A stretch of DNA of 63,212 bases, counting the filler, from Octopus bimaculoides (Eukaryota), in the NCBI RefSeq assembly GCF_001194135.2. It is 9 parts of 8 records of this genome, joined end to end, with 100 filler letters (N's around TTAATTAATTAA, not from the genome) between each part and the next. Parts side by side here need not be neighbours in the genome. Positions count along the whole stretch, not along the records: positions 61,698 to 63,212 come from NC_068986.1; 8 more parts are not named here. The stretch is one strand, 5' to 3'. The notes below the pieces were generated by a model. The model was not told where the DNA came from and did no database searches. It was given only the letters and a program-made list of their open reading frames with translations. The position numbers and the translations under genes were made by a program. Below, piece by piece: positions 62,159-63,212 of the stretch. How positions within the stretch are numbered: position 1 is the stretch's first letter; the number at the start of each line of letters is the position of its first letter.

Positions 62159-62967
62159 ATATTTAATCATTTCTAGTTTCAAAATAAAGATAATTTTCAA
62201 GAGTATGATCAATGAGTACAGGTTTCATATAATTAAACAATTATTTTCTGCAAATGAACATTCTTATTGTTATGATTAGACTTGTAAACATGGTATCAAT
62301 TAGGAAGCCTTCCAATCATTAATTACTTCAGATTTGTGTCATTTTTTCCTGAGAAAAGTACATGTGTATTCTTTGCAATTCAAAATATAATTTTTTTTCT
62401 GTTTATAAACAGTTAATCTAAATTTTTTCAAGTGAATTTTATTTTCTGCAAAATCATTGTATACTCAGGTTGTTTTTCTTTTTCTTTACTATTTTTAAAA
62501 ATTTTATTTATTTTTGCTTGCATGTAAATTATCAGCCTTGTTTTAGAGTTCAATTATTTCTAACTAATTTTCTGTTATTGAACAGTCTATTTTTACTGGC
62601 AAGCAAAGCAAATATAAGTTTTCCTTTAAATTTCTCTCTAATACACCCCATCACCACCACCACCACCACCAACTATTTTTTCTGTTCCTTGCTAATCCTA
62701 ATGAACTAAATGACTGTATTCTTACTATTTTATTCATATGTTGTCCAAAAGTAGAAAAGCTAGGCTTTATAAATTAAAGAATACGCTAAAGACTATGCTA
62801 GTTTTATACTTTCTTGAAATTTACTTTGGTGGTGAGTTATTATGTGTAAATTCAAAATATTACCAATGAAAGGTCTAGTATGCTAATTATTATATTTTTT
62901 CTTCTTTTGAATGAAGCAACAATGATAATACAATATATATATATATATGTGTGTGTGTGTATGTATA

Positions 62968-63212
62968 TCATCATCATCGTTTAACGTCCGCTTTCCATGC
63001 TAGCATGGGTTGGACGATTTGACTGAGGACTGGTGAAACCGGATGGCAACACCAGGCTCCAGTCTGATTTGGCAGAGTTTCTACAGCTGGATGCCCTTCC
63101 TAACGCCAACCACTCAGAGAGTGTAGTGGGTGCTTTTACGTGTCACCCGCACGAAAACGGCCACGCTCGAAATGGTGTCTTTTATGTGCCACCCGCACAA
63201 GAGCCGGTCCAG
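62968..63212 (-). mobile_element. Same short retroposon, inverted copy running off the window edge
   Basis: Near reverse complement of 61699-61920. Confidence 0.85.

Overview
Eukaryotic, AT-rich, microsatellite-dense draft scaffold with many N gaps. The SINE and LINE families look cephalopod, most likely Octopus; this is inferred from repeat recognition, not from a search. One host gene is well supported: the 5' part of a DAAM-family formin on the minus strand. Four GT-AG coding exons (28216-28368, 18667-18756, 13067-13135, 7828-7916) join in frame into about 133 aa of the N-terminal GTPase-binding region, and the gene continues beyond the left edge. A promoter-like motif cluster and a sharp change in CpG decay near 36 kb suggest transcription starts there. 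Nearly everything else is decayed mobile DNA: RTE and CR1 LINEs, a rearranged Ty3/Gypsy element nested in an RTE LINE, four mariner relics, a Tc1-like long-TIR element, MITEs, tRNA-derived SINEs and three Penelope-like element (PLE) fragments. The most notable observations are (1) a minimal hammerhead ribozyme motif with a U3-A8 core covariation, present in three copies in a PLE terminal repeat, two of them forming a perfect 141-bp-arm palindrome probably inside DAAM intron 1; (2) a candidate frame-preserving DAAM cassette exon with a single in-frame UGA; (3) a Gypsy element whose 5' LTR and gag were replaced by an inverted RT patch; (4) a CpG-dense ACGA/ACGT satellite. No prokaryotic system or CRISPR array is present. 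All alignments and translations were done by eye.
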